DNA from: Pirellulales bacterium
GTDB lineage: Bacteria; Planctomycetota; Planctomycetia; Pirellulales; JAICIG01
NCBI GenBank assembly: GCA_040901675.1
Contig: JBBDYJ010000026.1
Span: forward strand, 65,062 to 129,061
Direction: 5' to 3'
DNA: 64,000 nucleotides
Shown: positions 47,311 to 58,041 of the stretch, piece after piece
Position numbering within the stretch: position 1 is the stretch's first letter
Layout of the letters: each line of letters opens with the position of its first letter
The notes under the pieces: generated by a model
The model's input: only the letters and a program-made list of their open reading frames with translations
Told to the model about the DNA's origin: nothing
Databases searched by the model: none
Translations under genes and position numbers: made by a program

Positions 47311-50300
47311 TCACTCCCTGGTTATAAACTCATCAAGGTTCAACACCACGCGTGCCAGCGCCGTCCAGGCCGCCGCTTCCGGCGCGGCCACGCCGGGAAC
47401 ACGCTGGGCAGGCGCCACTTTCTCAGCCTCGGCCGGCAGCCCGGCGAAGCGCGACCGCTGGTCCTGGAGGAACTCGGCCAGCCGCCGGCTCTCCACGTCC
47501 GACGGTTCGCGGGCCAGGCAGAGCCGCATCACATGCGCGATTCGCTCGCCGTCGCCCGGACCTGCCTCTCCAAGCGCCCGCGCCGCCAGGGCCTGCGCAC
47601 ACTCGACGAACACGCGGTCGTTGGCCAGTGTCAGGGCCTGCAGCGGCGTATTCGACCTGGGCCGCCGGGTGCAGGCCGTATTGGCGTCGGGCGCGTCGAA
47701 CGTCATCAACAGCGGGTAGGGGCTCGATCGCCAGAAGTACGTATACATGCCGCGGCGAAACCGGTCGGGCCCGGTGCTGATCGTCCAGTACTTGACCTGC
47801 TGGGTGAAGCGGTAGATGCCTTCGGGCTGCGGCGGGTAAACGCCCGGACCGCCGATCTCGCGCGTCAACAGCCCGCTGGCGCCCAGGGCCACGTCGCGAA
47901 TCACCTCGGCCTCCAACCGCAGCCGCGGCTGCCGCGCCAGCAGCTTGTTGTACGGATCGCGCTGGGCCTGGTCCTCGCGGAACGCCGACGACTGCCGGTA
48001 CGTCGCCGATGTCACGATCAGGCGGTGCATCGCCTTGGTGCTCCAGCCCCGCTCGATCAGTTGGCCGGCCAGCCAATCGAGCAGCTCGGGGTGCGTGGGC
48101 GGGCTGCCCTGCATGCCGAAATCGTTATCGGTGGTCACCAGCCCCTGGCCAAAGTACTGCTGCCAGATCCGGTTGACGGTCACTCGCGGCGTGAGGGGAT
48201 TCGCCTCGTCGACCAGCCAACGCGCCAGGTCCAATCGTCCCGCCGCCGAGCCTGCCGCCGCGATCTGCGGCAACACGCCGGGCACGCCCGGCTGGACCCG
48301 CGCGCCGGGCCGCAGGAAGTCGCCTCGAATATGGATCCGCGTTTCCCGCGGCTCCGCCCGCTCCTTCATCACCAGCGACGTGGTGACCGCCGTGGCGAGC
48401 TGCTTCTGCCGCTCTTTCAACTCCGCGTGCGCCGCCGCCAGAGGCAGCCGCTCCGGATCCACCGTGCGAAAGTAAGCCAGCACGCGCTCGCGCTCGTCGT
48501 CGCCGCGATCAGCCAGCTTGACCGCCATGGCCGCCCGCACCGCCTCGTCGAGCTTGAGCACGTCGCGCGGCGCGCCCGTAACCGAGATCCGCAGACGCCC
48601 GATGTTGTATCGCGGGTTCTTGTAGTCTTGCACCAGCGTCACGCGCAGCTTGCCGCCGGCGGCCACGTCCTGCTTGAACACGAACGTGGCCTGCCGTTCC
48701 ACGTTCAAGCCCGTTTCGGCATAGATCGTCCAGAAAGTATCCGGCTTGCCGTCGATCGCCGCCGCGACCGGGCCGCTCGCGTGCTCGTAATCGGCCATGG
48801 CAAGCTCGATCGCGACCGGGGTCTCCCGCTCCACCGAGCCCGTAGAAGCCTCGCCGCCCGCCGCGGCCACGACGGCCGGCTCCCGCACCGCCGACAGCTC
48901 GTTCAGCACGAAGTTGCCGTTGTCGGCCAGGCCGGGACCCCCGTGCGGCAGCGTATCGTGCGTGAGCACCTCCAGCCGCAGCCCGGTGATCCCCGACGAG
49001 GGAATCTCGGACGTGATGCGGTACGTGTCGCGGTCGGGCACGTTGCCGCCCACCAGCAGGCTGCCGTCGTCGAGCTTCTCGATGCCGGCGCCGCCGTCGG
49101 AGGTGAACTCCAACGGCTCCAGCACGGTCCAGGCCACGTCGAGCCGCCCGGCGAAGCGGCCTTCCCACTCGGCCTGCCGGCCGGAGGAGTTGCCGTCCAG
49201 CTCGGCCAGCCGTTTTTCTACCTGGGCGATTTCCGCCAGCAGGGCCGGCTCTTCCTTCGATTGCTGGTCGGTGGGCACCGGCAAGGTCGGCTCATCGGCG
49301 TTGTTCAACAGCGCGAAGAACTCGTAGAACTCGCGCTGCGAAATCGGATCGTACTTGTGGTCGTGGCACCGTGCGCAGCCGATGGTCAGCCCCAGAAACA
49401 CCGAGCCGGTGGTGTTCACCCGGTCCACGACCGCCTCCACGCGGAACTGCTCCGGATCGGTGCCTCCCTCCTCATTCTTCAGGGTGTTGCGGTGAAAACC
49501 AGTGGCCACGATCTGATCGACCGAGGCATTGTCCAGCATGTCGCCGGCGATCTGCTCGATCGTGAACTGGTCGAACGGAAGGTCCCGGTTCAGGGCCTCG
49601 ATCACCCAATCTCGATACTTCCAGATCGACCGGCCGCCATCGATCGTGTAGCCGTTCGAGTCGGCGTAGCGGGCCTGGTCCAGCCAGTGCCGCCCCCAGC
49701 GTTCGCCATAGTGAGGCGACGCCAACAACCGTTCCACCAGCCGCTCGTAAGCGTCGTCCCGCGGGTCCGCCAGAAACGCTTCGATTTCCTCGATCGGCGG
49801 CGGCAGTCCCAGCAGGTCCAGCGACAACCGCCGCGCCAGCGTGGCGCGGTCCGCCTCGGGCGATGGCGCCAACCCCTCGGCCTCCAGCCGGGCCAGCACA
49901 AAGGCGTCGATCGGGTTGCGGACCCAGGCCGCATTGCTCACCGCGGGAATCGCCGGATGCGCCAACGGCTGCAACGACCAGTGACTACGCCCCCGCCGCT
50001 CGCCCGCGCCGTCGGCCTCGTCTTCCGGAGCCGCGGCCCCCTGGTCGATCCAAGCTTTCAGCAACTGGATCTTGTCAGCCGAAAGCGGCTCGCCTTCCGG
50101 CGGCATCTTCGAGGCGTCGCCTGTTCCCGTCACGGCCGCGATCAGCAGGCTCTCGACGCTCTTGCCGGGCACCACCGCCGCGCCGCTGTAACCTCCCTCC
50201 AGCACGCCCGACCGCCGATCGAGCCGCAGGCCCGATTCCTGTTCGTCCGGGCCATGGCAGCGATAGCAATTCTCGGCCAGAATAGGCTGTATGTCCTGCC

Positions 50301-50403
50301 GGTAGTCAACGGTCCTGTCCACCGGCCGGCTCTCGACCGGCTCGGCCGCCACCGTCCCCGACAAGCCGAGCAGGCAAACAATTGATCGGAGCCGGCACTT
50401 CAT
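47311..50403 (-). CDS. Planctomycete cytochrome c / DUF1549 / DUF1553 protein
   Basis: CYRCH, MPP, SPHYGERWGRHWLDQARYADS, CARCHDHKYDP, NPLTPRVTVNRIW, SNTPLQAL. Confidence 0.93.
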   Translation of the reverse strand: MKCRLRSIVCLLGLSGTVAAEPVESRPVDRTVDYRQDIQPILAENCYRCHGPDEQESGLRLDRRSGVLEGGYSGAAVVPGKSVESLLIAAVTGTGDASKMPPEGEPLSADKIQLLKAWIDQGAAAPEDEADGAGERRGRSHWSLQPLAHPAIPAVSNAAWVRNPIDAFVLARLEAEGLAPSPEADRATLARRLSLDLLGLPPPIEEIEAFLADPRDDAYERLVERLLASPHYGERWGRHWLDQARYADSNGYTIDGGRSIWKYRDWVIEALNRDLPFDQFTIEQIAGDMLDNASVDQIVATGFHRNTLKNEEGGTDPEQFRVEAVVDRVNTTGSVFLGLTIGCARCHDHKYDPISQREFYEFFALLNNADEPTLPVPTDQQSKEEPALLAEIAQVEKRLAELDGNSSGRQAEWEGRFAGRLDVAWTVLEPLEFTSDGGAGIEKLDDGSLLVGGNVPDRDTYRITSEIPSSGITGLRLEVLTHDTLPHGGPGLADNGNFVLNELSAVREPAVVAAAGGEASTGSVERETPVAIELAMADYEHASGPVAAAIDGKPDTFWTIYAETGLNVERQATFVFKQDVAAGGKLRVTLVQDYKNPRYNIGRLRISVTGAPRDVLKLDEAVRAAMAVKLADRGDDERERVLAYFRTVDPERLPLAAAHAELKERQKQLATAVTTSLVMKERAEPRETRIHIRGDFLRPGARVQPGVPGVLPQIAAAGSAAGRLDLARWLVDEANPLTPRVTVNRIWQQYFGQGLVTTDNDFGMQGSPPTHPELLDWLAGQLIERGWSTKAMHRLIVTSATYRQSSAFREDQAQRDPYNKLLARQPRLRLEAEVIRDVALGASGLLTREIGGPGVYPPQPEGIYRFTQQVKYWTISTGPDRFRRGMYTYFWRSSPYPLLMTFDAPDANTACTRRPRSNTPLQALTLANDRVFVECAQALAARALGEAGPGDGERIAHVMRLCLAREPSDVESRRLAEFLQDQRSRFAGLPAEAEKVAPAQRVPGVAAPEAAAWTALARVVLNLDEFITRE

Positions 50404-50519
50404 AAGCGGTTCTTGGCAGGTTAAAAAGGCGGGCGGGGCCGGGCGTGGGGCACGGACTCGGTGGACAGCATCGGCCGTGTTTGATCTTAAGAAATCGACC
50501 CTTCAACCGCAACTATAAA

Positions 50520-50787
50520 GGCAGATGGAGGAAGGAGGAAGGCAGAAGGCAGAAGGCAGAAGGAGGAAGGAGGAAGGAAATCTGACCTCTCCCTCTGGAC
50601 TGAGTTGCAAGTCCGCCGCCGTTCGGCCTAGAGGCTCTCGACAGGCAGGCGGAACCTCTGACTCTGACTCTGACCTCTGACTCTGACCTCTGACTCTGAC
50701 CTCTGACTCTGACCTCTGACTCTGACCTCTGACCTCTGACCTCTGACTTCTGAGACCTCTGACTTCTGAGACCTCTGACTTCTGACC
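50520..50787. repeat. Heptamer/hexamer arrays: (AGGCAGA/AGGAGGA)n and (TCTGACC/TCTGAC)n
   Basis: Tandem units at 50520-50580 and 50656-50787; the latter abuts the next ATG. Confidence 0.9.
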
Positions 50788-51879
50788 ATGACCGACCTCG
50801 CCTCTTGCCGTGCCCGCCAGCAACGCTTGCTCGCCGAGATGCGGCGGCGCGACATCGACCTGGTCGTCCTCACCCGCACCGAACACGTCCAATGGCTGAC
50901 CGGACCACGCTTTGCCTGGGTATTCGAACCGGTGGCGGCGCTATCGGCCGACGGCCACTGCGTGCTGGTTGCTCCCACGCCCGGCCACGTCGCGGCCGCC
51001 GACGTGATCCTCACTTACCAGGCCAAGTGGCTGTCCACCTTGCGCAACGACCAGCGGCAGGCCAGTTCGATCGAGCTGCTCAAGTACTTGATCGGCCGGC
51101 CGAAACCGCGGCGGATCGGCGTCGAGTTCTCCTCCTGCGGCCCGCATCTGACGGCCGAGCTCAAGGGCGAGCTCTTCGATATCGAGCCGGAGCTCTACCG
51201 CCTCCGCCGCTGCAAGGACCCCGACGAGCTGGCGCTCGTGCGGCGGGCCATCGCGGCCACCGGCGCGATGTACGAGCGCGCCCGGCGGATCGTCGAGCCG
51301 GGGATCAATGAACTGGACGTTTTCAACCAATTGCAGGCCGCCGCCGTCGAAGAGCTGGGCGAGATGCTCACCGGCACCGGAAACGACTACGCCTGTGCCG
51401 CCCGGGGCGGCCCGCCGCGCGACCGGCAGTGCCAGGCCGGCGAGCTGTACATCCTCGACTTGGGTCCTGCCTACCGCGGCTACTTTGCCGACAACTGCCG
51501 CACGCTGGCCGTCGGCGGCCGCCCCACGGACGCTCAGCAGGCGGCCTGGGAGCGGATCGCCGCGGTTTTCGAGCTGGTCCGCTCGACGGTCAAGCCCGGC
51601 CTGAGTTGCCGCGACTTCTACGACCAGGTGAACCAGCAGCTCAACGAGTACATGCCCGGCGGCTTCGACCATCACTTGGGGCACGGCATCGGGTTGTTCC
51701 CGCACGAGGCCCCGCACCTGAATCCCAACTGGGACGATACTTTCCAGGAGGGCGAAGTTTTCGCCATCGAGCCGGGCCTCTACGCGCCTGAGCTGCGCGT
51801 CGGCATCAGGCTGGAGAACGACTACCTCGTCACTTCCGACGGCGTCGAGCTTCTCTCCGATTTCCCCCTCGGGCTGTAG
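50788..51879 (+). CDS. M24 family Xaa-Pro aminopeptidase-like protein
   Basis: [47 protein letters not shown]. Confidence 0.9.
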   Translation: MTDLASCRARQQRLLAEMRRRDIDLVVLTRTEHVQWLTGPRFAWVFEPVAALSADGHCVLVAPTPGHVAAADVILTYQAKWLSTLRNDQRQASSIELLKYLIGRPKPRRIGVEFSSCGPHLTAELKGELFDIEPELYRLRRCKDPDELALVRRAIAATGAMYERARRIVEPGINELDVFNQLQAAAVEELGEMLTGTGNDYACAARGGPPRDRQCQAGELYILDLGPAYRGYFADNCRTLAVGGRPTDAQQAAWERIAAVFELVRSTVKPGLSCRDFYDQVNQQLNEYMPGGFDHHLGHGIGLFPHEAPHLNPNWDDTFQEGEVFAIEPGLYAPELRVGIRLENDYLVTSDGVELLSDFPLGL

Positions 51880-51950
51880 TGGCACTGTCCGCCCGCTTCC
51901 CGCTGGCCGCTTCCCATGCCACAATGGCTTGTCGAACAAGGGAGCCGCCG

Positions 51951-52304
51951 ATGAGCGCCGATTTTCGAGCCGTGCTCGAGACGTTTACCAACGAGTTTCC
52001 AGACCGCGAATACACAGTCGAGATCGTCTGTCCCGAGTTCACGTCGGTATGTCCCAAGACGGGCCAGCCCGACTTTGGCACGCTGACGTTCACCTACGTG
52101 CCCGGAACAAAATGCGTGGAGCTGAAGAGCCTGAAGCTCTACCTGCAGCAGTTTCGCAACGAGGGGATCTTTTACGAGCACGCCACCAACCGCATCCTGG
52201 ACGATTTGGTAGCCGTGGTCCAGCCGCGCTGGATGCAGCTCACGGCCGCCTTCACCCCCCGTGGCGGAATTACCACCACCGTCACCGCCGAGTTCGAGGC
52301 CTAG
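51951..52304 (+). CDS. queF: NADPH-dependent 7-cyano-7-deazaguanine reductase (type I)
   Basis: [30 protein letters not shown]. Confidence 0.95.
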   Translation: MSADFRAVLETFTNEFPDREYTVEIVCPEFTSVCPKTGQPDFGTLTFTYVPGTKCVELKSLKLYLQQFRNEGIFYEHATNRILDDLVAVVQPRWMQLTAAFTPRGGITTTVTAEFEA

Positions 52305-52456
52305 CTGGTTCCTGGTTGATAGTTCCTGGTTGCTAGTTGCGGCTCGACTGAGCTCGCCGAAGTCTGGTTCCTGGTTTTTAATCCTTTCAATCCTTAAGTA
52401 GCTGGTTTCTAGTCGTATTCTGCCTTCTGCCTTCTGCCTTCTGCCTTCTGCCTTCG
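52305..52456 (+). repeat. Heptamer arrays (TGGTTCC-like; TTCTGCC x5) with a 25-bp insert at 52340-52364
   Basis: Direct reading; the insert recurs at 60235-60259. Confidence 0.85.
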
Positions 52457-52457
52457 A

Positions 52458-53144
52458 ATGCCTCCAGCCGTTGTTCTGCTTTCGGGCGGCCTCGACTCCG
52501 CCGTGACCGCGGCAATCGCCCGCGCGGAACATTTCGACGTGTACCCGCTGTCGGTCGACTACGGGCAGCGGCACCATTTCGAGCTCGAGGCCGCCTGCCG
52601 GGTGGCACGCTCGCTGGCAATCCGCAAGCCGCTGGCCGTGCGCGTCGAGCTGGCGCGTTTCGCCCCCAGCGCCCTGACGGCGGAAATCGACGTGCCCAAG
52701 GGACGCCAGCCGGAAGAGATGTCGGCCGGCATCCCGGTCACCTACGTCCCGGCCCGCAACACGGTGCTCTTGTCGCTGGCGCTGGCCTATGCCGAGTCGA
52801 TCGGCGCCGCCGACCTGTTTATCGGGGTCAACGCCGTCGACTACAGCGGATACCCCGACTGCCGGCCCCAGTTCATCGCGGCCTTCGAGGAGCTGGCGGA
52901 TCTTGCCACGAAGGCCGGCGTCGAGGGTACAATCAAGTTCAGGATCCACACGCCCTTGATCGAGCTGACCAAGGCCCAGATCGTTCGCCGGGGGGTGGAG
53001 CTGGGGGTCAATTTTTCCATGACGCATACCTGCTACGATCCTGACGCGACCGGCCGGGCCTGCGGGCGCTGCGACGCCTGCCTGCTGCGGCTGAAGGGGT
53101 TCGCCGAGGCCGGCCTCGCCGATCCGCTGGACTACATCAAGTGA
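52458..53144 (+). CDS. queC: 7-cyano-7-deazaguanine synthase
   Basis: [38 protein letters not shown]. Confidence 0.96.
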   Translation: MPPAVVLLSGGLDSAVTAAIARAEHFDVYPLSVDYGQRHHFELEAACRVARSLAIRKPLAVRVELARFAPSALTAEIDVPKGRQPEEMSAGIPVTYVPARNTVLLSLALAYAESIGAADLFIGVNAVDYSGYPDCRPQFIAAFEELADLATKAGVEGTIKFRIHTPLIELTKAQIVRRGVELGVNFSMTHTCYDPDATGRACGRCDACLLRLKGFAEAGLADPLDYIK

Positions 53145-53827
53145 GAATCGCCGAGATCTACCTGTCGATCCAGGGCGAAGGTTTTCTGACCGGAACCGAG
53201 AGCATCTTCGTCCGCACCAGCGGCTGCAACCTCCGCTGCTGGTTCTGCGACACTCCCTTCACTTCCTGGAGTCCCGAAGGCGAGGACCTGTCGCTGCTGG
53301 AGATCCTCGACCAGGTCGAGGCCCACGACTGCCGCCACGTGGTCCTCACCGGCGGCGAGCCGATGCTCCATGCCGAGCTGGTCCCCCTGGCGGCCGCGCT
53401 GAAAGGCCGCGGCCTGCACGTCACGATCGAGACGGCCGCGACTCTGGACCTTCCCGTGGCTTGCGACTTGATGTCGATCAGCCCGAAACTGGCCGGCTCG
53501 ACCCCCTCGGCCCGCAGGCATCCCCGCTGGCACCACCGGCACGAGGAAACCCGGCACGCACCGGACGTCGTCCGGCGGCTGGTCCGCGACTACTGCTACC
53601 AGGTCAAGTTCGTGGTCGACAACCTGGACGATTGCGACGAGGTCGAGGAGTACCTGGCCCAGATGCCCCAGATCGACCGCCGCCGCGTGCTGCTCATGCC
53701 GCAGGGCACCGACGAGGAGCAGTTGGCCCGGCAGGCCCTGTGGCTCAAGCCATATTGCCGTCAGGTCGGCCTCCGCTTTTGCCCTCGCCGTCAGATCGAG
53801 TGGTTCGGCCTCGTCCGCGGCACATGA
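53141..53827 (+). CDS. queE: 7-carboxy-7-deazaguanine synthase (radical SAM)
   Basis: [28 protein letters not shown]. Confidence 0.94.
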   Translation: MRIAEIYLSIQGEGFLTGTESIFVRTSGCNLRCWFCDTPFTSWSPEGEDLSLLEILDQVEAHDCRHVVLTGGEPMLHAELVPLAAALKGRGLHVTIETAATLDLPVACDLMSISPKLAGSTPSARRHPRWHHRHEETRHAPDVVRRLVRDYCYQVKFVVDNLDDCDEVEEYLAQMPQIDRRRVLLMPQGTDEEQLARQALWLKPYCRQVGLRFCPRRQIEWFGLVRGT

Positions 53828-53956
53828 GTCAAGGTCAGAGGTCCGAGGTCGGACGGGACGACCGGAGTCGTTTCACTTCAAGCAATATCGGAAGTTCTCT
53901 GGACCTTGCCCGGAATCGAAGAGCGAAGATCCAAGGTGCAAAAATCAAGTTCCCGC

Positions 53957-55405
53957 TCACACCGGTTCGATCTGCGGCAGCGGCTGCGTCGTCAACTCGC
54001 CGAGCGGCTGAGCCAATGCCTCCGGCGGCGCTTCGATTACACGCATCTTTCGCCAGCGGCCCTCCACGAACCGCCACCAAAACGTCACGCCCAGCAGGCA
54101 GACCCACACCGTCACCGCGACCCACGACCAGTACAGCCCGTAGCCAAAAAACCGAATGCCGACCCAGGCCATCACAAACGGCACGGCGGCCAGCACCAGC
54201 GTGGCCATCAGCACGAAGCGCGTGTCGCCGGCCCCCTTGATCGCGCTGGCGAAGATGATGTTCATCGCGTCGAACAGGCAATAGAAGGCCACGAAACGCA
54301 ACAGGATCACCGTCGTCTCGCGCAGCTCGGCAAACTCTTCACGACCCATCCCCTGGGCGTGAGCCGCCAGCAGCCAGTCGGGCGCAAACAAGTAGATCGC
54401 TCCCACGATCGCCATCAGGCCGGCCGCCAGCTCGAACGCGCTCCACGTCGCGCGGGCCGCCAGGTCGGGCCGGTTGTCGCCCAACCGCTGCCCGACCAGC
54501 GTGGCCGTGGCCAGGCCGATGCCGTACACCGGCATGAATGCCAGGCTGTTCACGTTGAAGGCCAGGCTGGTCGCGGCCAACTCTTTCGTGCCGAGCTGCC
54601 CGATCAACAACAGGTACAGCGTGAAGCCGCCCATCTCGATGAACAACTGCAGCCCGTTGGGCGTGCCGAACCACAACAAGCGGCCGAACAGCTCGCGGTC
54701 GAACCGGCAGCCCGCGATCGTGCCGTACGTCGTGCGGAACCTTGGCCGCAGCCACAACAGCATGTAGATCAACGGCCGGCACCACATCGCCACCACGGTG
54801 GCCCAGGCCGCCCCGCTGATCCCCCATTCCGGAAAGCCCCACTCGCCGAAGATCCAGGCATAGTCGAGCACCACGTTCAGGGCCGCGGCAAACGTATCGA
54901 CCAGCATCACGGTCCGCACGTCGCCGCGCCCCGTGAAGAACGACGACAGCGCCGCGGACATGACCATGCTGCCGATGCCCCAACTGACCGCCTGGTAATA
55001 GTCCACTTCCAGTGCCACGATCGACGCTGGGTGCCCGGCCGCGGCAAAGACCCACGGGGCCAGCGGAATCGTGGCCAAGACCGGCGGCACGGCCAGCAGT
55101 GACACAAAAACGCCCTGCCACACCGCCACGCCGATCCGCTCGGGCCTGCCGGCTCCGTAATACTGCGCCACGAACGTGTTCACATACGAGGCGATGCCCA
55201 GCGGAAAGCAGATCACCGTGAACGACACCGCGATCGCCGGCAGCGCGGCCGCCACCGCGTCCTCGGAGTACCAGAGCAGGAACAACCGATCGGTGAACTG
55301 CATCAACGTCCACGAAAGCGTGGAGATGATCAGCGGCAGCGCCAGCACCAGCACTTCGCGGAATCCGCAGGGCCGGTCCCACCACCGGCGGACTGTTTGG
55401 AACAT
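53957..55405 (-). CDS. MATE family efflux transporter
   Basis: LALPLII, DRLFL, VAQYYGAG, GISGAAWAT, GAGDTR; about 12 TM segments. Confidence 0.92.
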   Translation of the reverse strand: MFQTVRRWWDRPCGFREVLVLALPLIISTLSWTLMQFTDRLFLLWYSEDAVAAALPAIAVSFTVICFPLGIASYVNTFVAQYYGAGRPERIGVAVWQGVFVSLLAVPPVLATIPLAPWVFAAAGHPASIVALEVDYYQAVSWGIGSMVMSAALSSFFTGRGDVRTVMLVDTFAAALNVVLDYAWIFGEWGFPEWGISGAAWATVVAMWCRPLIYMLLWLRPRFRTTYGTIAGCRFDRELFGRLLWFGTPNGLQLFIEMGGFTLYLLLIGQLGTKELAATSLAFNVNSLAFMPVYGIGLATATLVGQRLGDNRPDLAARATWSAFELAAGLMAIVGAIYLFAPDWLLAAHAQGMGREEFAELRETTVILLRFVAFYCLFDAMNIIFASAIKGAGDTRFVLMATLVLAAVPFVMAWVGIRFFGYGLYWSWVAVTVWVCLLGVTFWWRFVEGRWRKMRVIEAPPEALAQPLGELTTQPLPQIEPV

Positions 55406-55696
55406 GAGGAACTATACGCCCCCAAACAAGGTGTCGCCCTTTCAGCCGCCGGGTGCCTGATACTCCACCGGCGGCGGCCTGGCTGAAACATCCCAATTTG
55501 CCCAGTCGGCACGGCTGGGTGGTTCCAAGCCGCGCCCCGGCCCGCCGGGCCCCTGTTGCTCAAGTGATTCTTTGGCCGCCGACGATGCTATCACCGGGCC
55601 GGCGGCCGGCGGAACGAACAAGTCGCCTTCTGCCGTCCAGCCGGCACGCCTACAATGCGGAGCATCTTCGCTTTTCGCTCCGAAGGATCCAAGCTC

Positions 55697-55957
55697 ATGC
55701 GCAGCCTTTGCCTGTTGATGTGCGGCCTGGTGCTCTTGGCTGCCGCCGGCGGATGCGCGGTGCAGGGAAGGCCCAACTGGTTTTCACCCGGCCCGGCCGC
55801 GTATCAGCGGCAGCGGGCCCAGCGTTTCGACCCATATCCGGACGACGTAGCCGGACCCTCGATCAAGGACACGCGCCCTCCCGATTATCAAGAATCGCTG
55901 CCCGAACCGACGCGCGCGCGTTGGCTGCAGTGGTCGGCCCCTCCTCAAGGCTACTGA
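55697..55957 (+). CDS. Small lipoprotein
   Basis: AAAGGC lipobox; RAQRFDPYPD..GP..RP motif. Confidence 0.7.
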   Translation: MRSLCLLMCGLVLLAAAGGCAVQGRPNWFSPGPAAYQRQRAQRFDPYPDDVAGPSIKDTRPPDYQESLPEPTRARWLQWSAPPQGY

Positions 55958-55990
55958 CATCGGCCCGCCCGCCGAGGTTCACGTGCCAAA

Positions 55991-56019
55991 GTAGCAGGCA
56001 CACTCCGTGTGCCGTCCGC
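55991..56019 (+). repeat. GTAG-type REP hairpin
   Basis: gtagcaggcacactccgtgtgcc. Confidence 0.6.
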
Positions 56020-56119
56020 CAAAGCAGCCCTTTCGCCCCTGGCCGCCCGTGCCCCCCGCCCGCTATCATAGGCATTGCCGTATGCCTTGCCTCCCTGCCT
56101 CGCTGCCGATTGATCCGCC

Positions 56120-57151
56120 ATGCCAGCCCGACCCCGCCCCCGACGCCGGGCCACGCGTGCCAAGCCATTCAAGGCGGCCGGCCCCACCGTGCCGGCCACG
56201 CCTGCTGCGCATGAACCCGAGCGGCTGCAGAAGGTGATGGCCGCAGCCGGCGTCGGCAGCCGGCGGCATTGCGAAGAGTTGATCCGCGCCGGCCGCGTCG
56301 AGGTCGACCGCCGCGTGGTCCGCGAGCTGGGCACGAAGGTCGATCCAGCCGCCCAGGAGATTCGCCTCGACGGCATCGTGTTGGCCCGTGGCAAGCGGGT
56401 CTACTACCTGGTGAACAAGCCGGTGGGCGTTGTTTCGACCAATGCCGATCCCGCAGGCCGTCCGCGCGTGGTCGACCTGCTGCCCGAGATGCCCGAGCGC
56501 CTGTTCACCGTCGGCCGGCTCGATCTATCGAGCGAAGGGCTGATGCTGGTGACCAACGACGGCGAGCTGGCCAATCAGTTGGCCCACCCGCGCTACGGGG
56601 TCGAGAAAACTTACCACGTGCTGGTCGCCGGCACGGCGGACTTCGACGTGCTCGGCAAATTGCGGCAGGGCATCCACCTGGCCGAAGGCGTGGCCCGAGT
56701 GGTCAGCGCGCGGGTGCGGACCTCGTTCAAGCACAGCACGCTGCTGGAGATCGTGTTGGCCGAAGGGCGCAACCGCGAGATCCGCCGGCTGCTGGCCAAG
56801 GTCGGGCACAAGGTGCTGCGGCTGAAGCGCGTCGCTTTGGGACCCGTCCGCTTGGCCGATTTGCCGCCCGGCCACTTCCGGCCGTTGCGCAACGACGAGC
56901 TGAAGCTGCTGCGCCGCCTGGGCCGCCGGCCGGTCCGCCGCAATAAACCCGGCGCGCATCGGCCCCAGGGCGATGCTCAAACCCCTCCCGCCGGCCCCCC
57001 CGACCAACCGGAGCAGAAGCAGGCTCCAAGGCCACGTCAGCGCGGCGGCCATACCGCCCGCGTCGACCAGGGCGACCCTCGTGCCGGCCGCCGCGGACGC
57101 CGCAACGCCGCCAAGAGCAGCCGAAGGGCCGATCAGGGTCGCGGCCGATGA
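56120..57151 (+). CDS. rluB: rRNA pseudouridine synthase, RsuA/RluB family
   Basis: ERLQKVMA..SRR S4 domain, NKPVG, VGRLD, EGRNREIRR. Confidence 0.88.
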   Translation: MPARPRPRRRATRAKPFKAAGPTVPATPAAHEPERLQKVMAAAGVGSRRHCEELIRAGRVEVDRRVVRELGTKVDPAAQEIRLDGIVLARGKRVYYLVNKPVGVVSTNADPAGRPRVVDLLPEMPERLFTVGRLDLSSEGLMLVTNDGELANQLAHPRYGVEKTYHVLVAGTADFDVLGKLRQGIHLAEGVARVVSARVRTSFKHSTLLEIVLAEGRNREIRRLLAKVGHKVLRLKRVALGPVRLADLPPGHFRPLRNDELKLLRRLGRRPVRRNKPGAHRPQGDAQTPPAGPPDQPEQKQAPRPRQRGGHTARVDQGDPRAGRRGRRNAAKSSRRADQGRGR

Positions 57152-58041
57152 GTCACGAGGCGCACCCCACCTGGTTCGCCGACCAGGCCTGGCATGGCCG
57201 AACCGAGGTCCGCGAGAATGTGCGGCTGGCGCGCGACACGTATCGCTTGCGGTTCGACTGCCCCGCCATCGCGCGGCGGATTGTGCCCGGACAGTTCATC
57301 ATGCTCCGGCTGGCAGGTTTCGACGACCCGTTGCTGGGCCGCCCGCTGGCGCTGTACGACACGGTCGACGGCCCGGACGGCACGGCCTTGGCCCTGGACG
57401 TCGTGTACGTGGTGGCCGGCAAGCTGACGCGCAAGCTGGCCTGCATGGGGCCTGGCCAGGCGGTTGAAGTTTGGGGGCCGTTGGGCAACGGCTTTCCGAT
57501 CCGCCCGGCCGGGCACTTGCTGATGGTGGCCGGCGGCATCGGCCAGACTCCTTTTCTCGCCCTGGCGCAGGAGTATCTCGGCCGGCGGGCTTACGGCGAC
57601 CCGCCCCGCGCACAATCGCGTTCCGCGGCGGTCACTCTCTGTTACGGCGCCCGCAGCGGCGACCTGTTGGCGGGCGTCGCCGACTTCGAGCGGCTGGGCG
57701 TTCGCGTGCTCACCAGCACCGACGACGGCTCGGCCGGCCGGCCCGGCCTGGTCACCGAGCTGTTGGAGGAGGAGCTGAGTCGCGGCGAGCGCGTGCAGCC
57801 TGGCACTCGCCCGCACGTGGTCTGCTGCGGCCCCGAACCGATGATGGCCGCCGTGGCGGCAATCGCCCGCCGTGCCCGGCTGCCGTGCCAGGTTTCGCTG
57901 GAGACTCCGATGGCCTGCGGCATCGGCATCTGTTTCAGTTGCGTGGCCAAGGTGCGCGACGCTCAGGGCGGCTGGGACTACCGCCGCACCTGCGTGGAAG
58001 GTCCCATTTTCGACGCCGCCTCAATCGAGTTCGGCTCGTAG
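57148..58041 (+). CDS. pyrK: Dihydroorotate dehydrogenase electron-transfer subunit
   Basis: PGQF, RPL, GPLGNGF, AGGIG, CGPEPMM, MACGIGICFSC, CVEGPIF. Confidence 0.9.
   Translation: MSHEAHPTWFADQAWHGRTEVRENVRLARDTYRLRFDCPAIARRIVPGQFIMLRLAGFDDPLLGRPLALYDTVDGPDGTALALDVVYVVAGKLTRKLACMGPGQAVEVWGPLGNGFPIRPAGHLLMVAGGIGQTPFLALAQEYLGRRAYGDPPRAQSRSAAVTLCYGARSGDLLAGVADFERLGVRVLTSTDDGSAGRPGLVTELLEEELSRGERVQPGTRPHVVCCGPEPMMAAVAAIARRARLPCQVSLETPMACGIGICFSCVAKVRDAQGGWDYRRTCVEGPIFDAASIEFGS

Noticed and set aside
47533..50385. 950-aa plus-strand ORF and other long antisense ORFs (e.g. 17030-19291, 15357-17159, 23981-25789)
   Set aside because: Shadow ORFs opposite well-supported genes, expected in high-GC DNA; no recognisable motifs
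50503..51014. ORFs with SEVRGQ / RSQRSE repeats
   Set aside because: Translations of the heptamer arrays; they overlap the peptidase gene on the other strand
52395..52420. preQ1 riboswitch before queC (ggtttctag)
   Set aside because: Lacks the P1 stem and the 3' A-rich tail of preQ1-I; embedded in heptamer repeats
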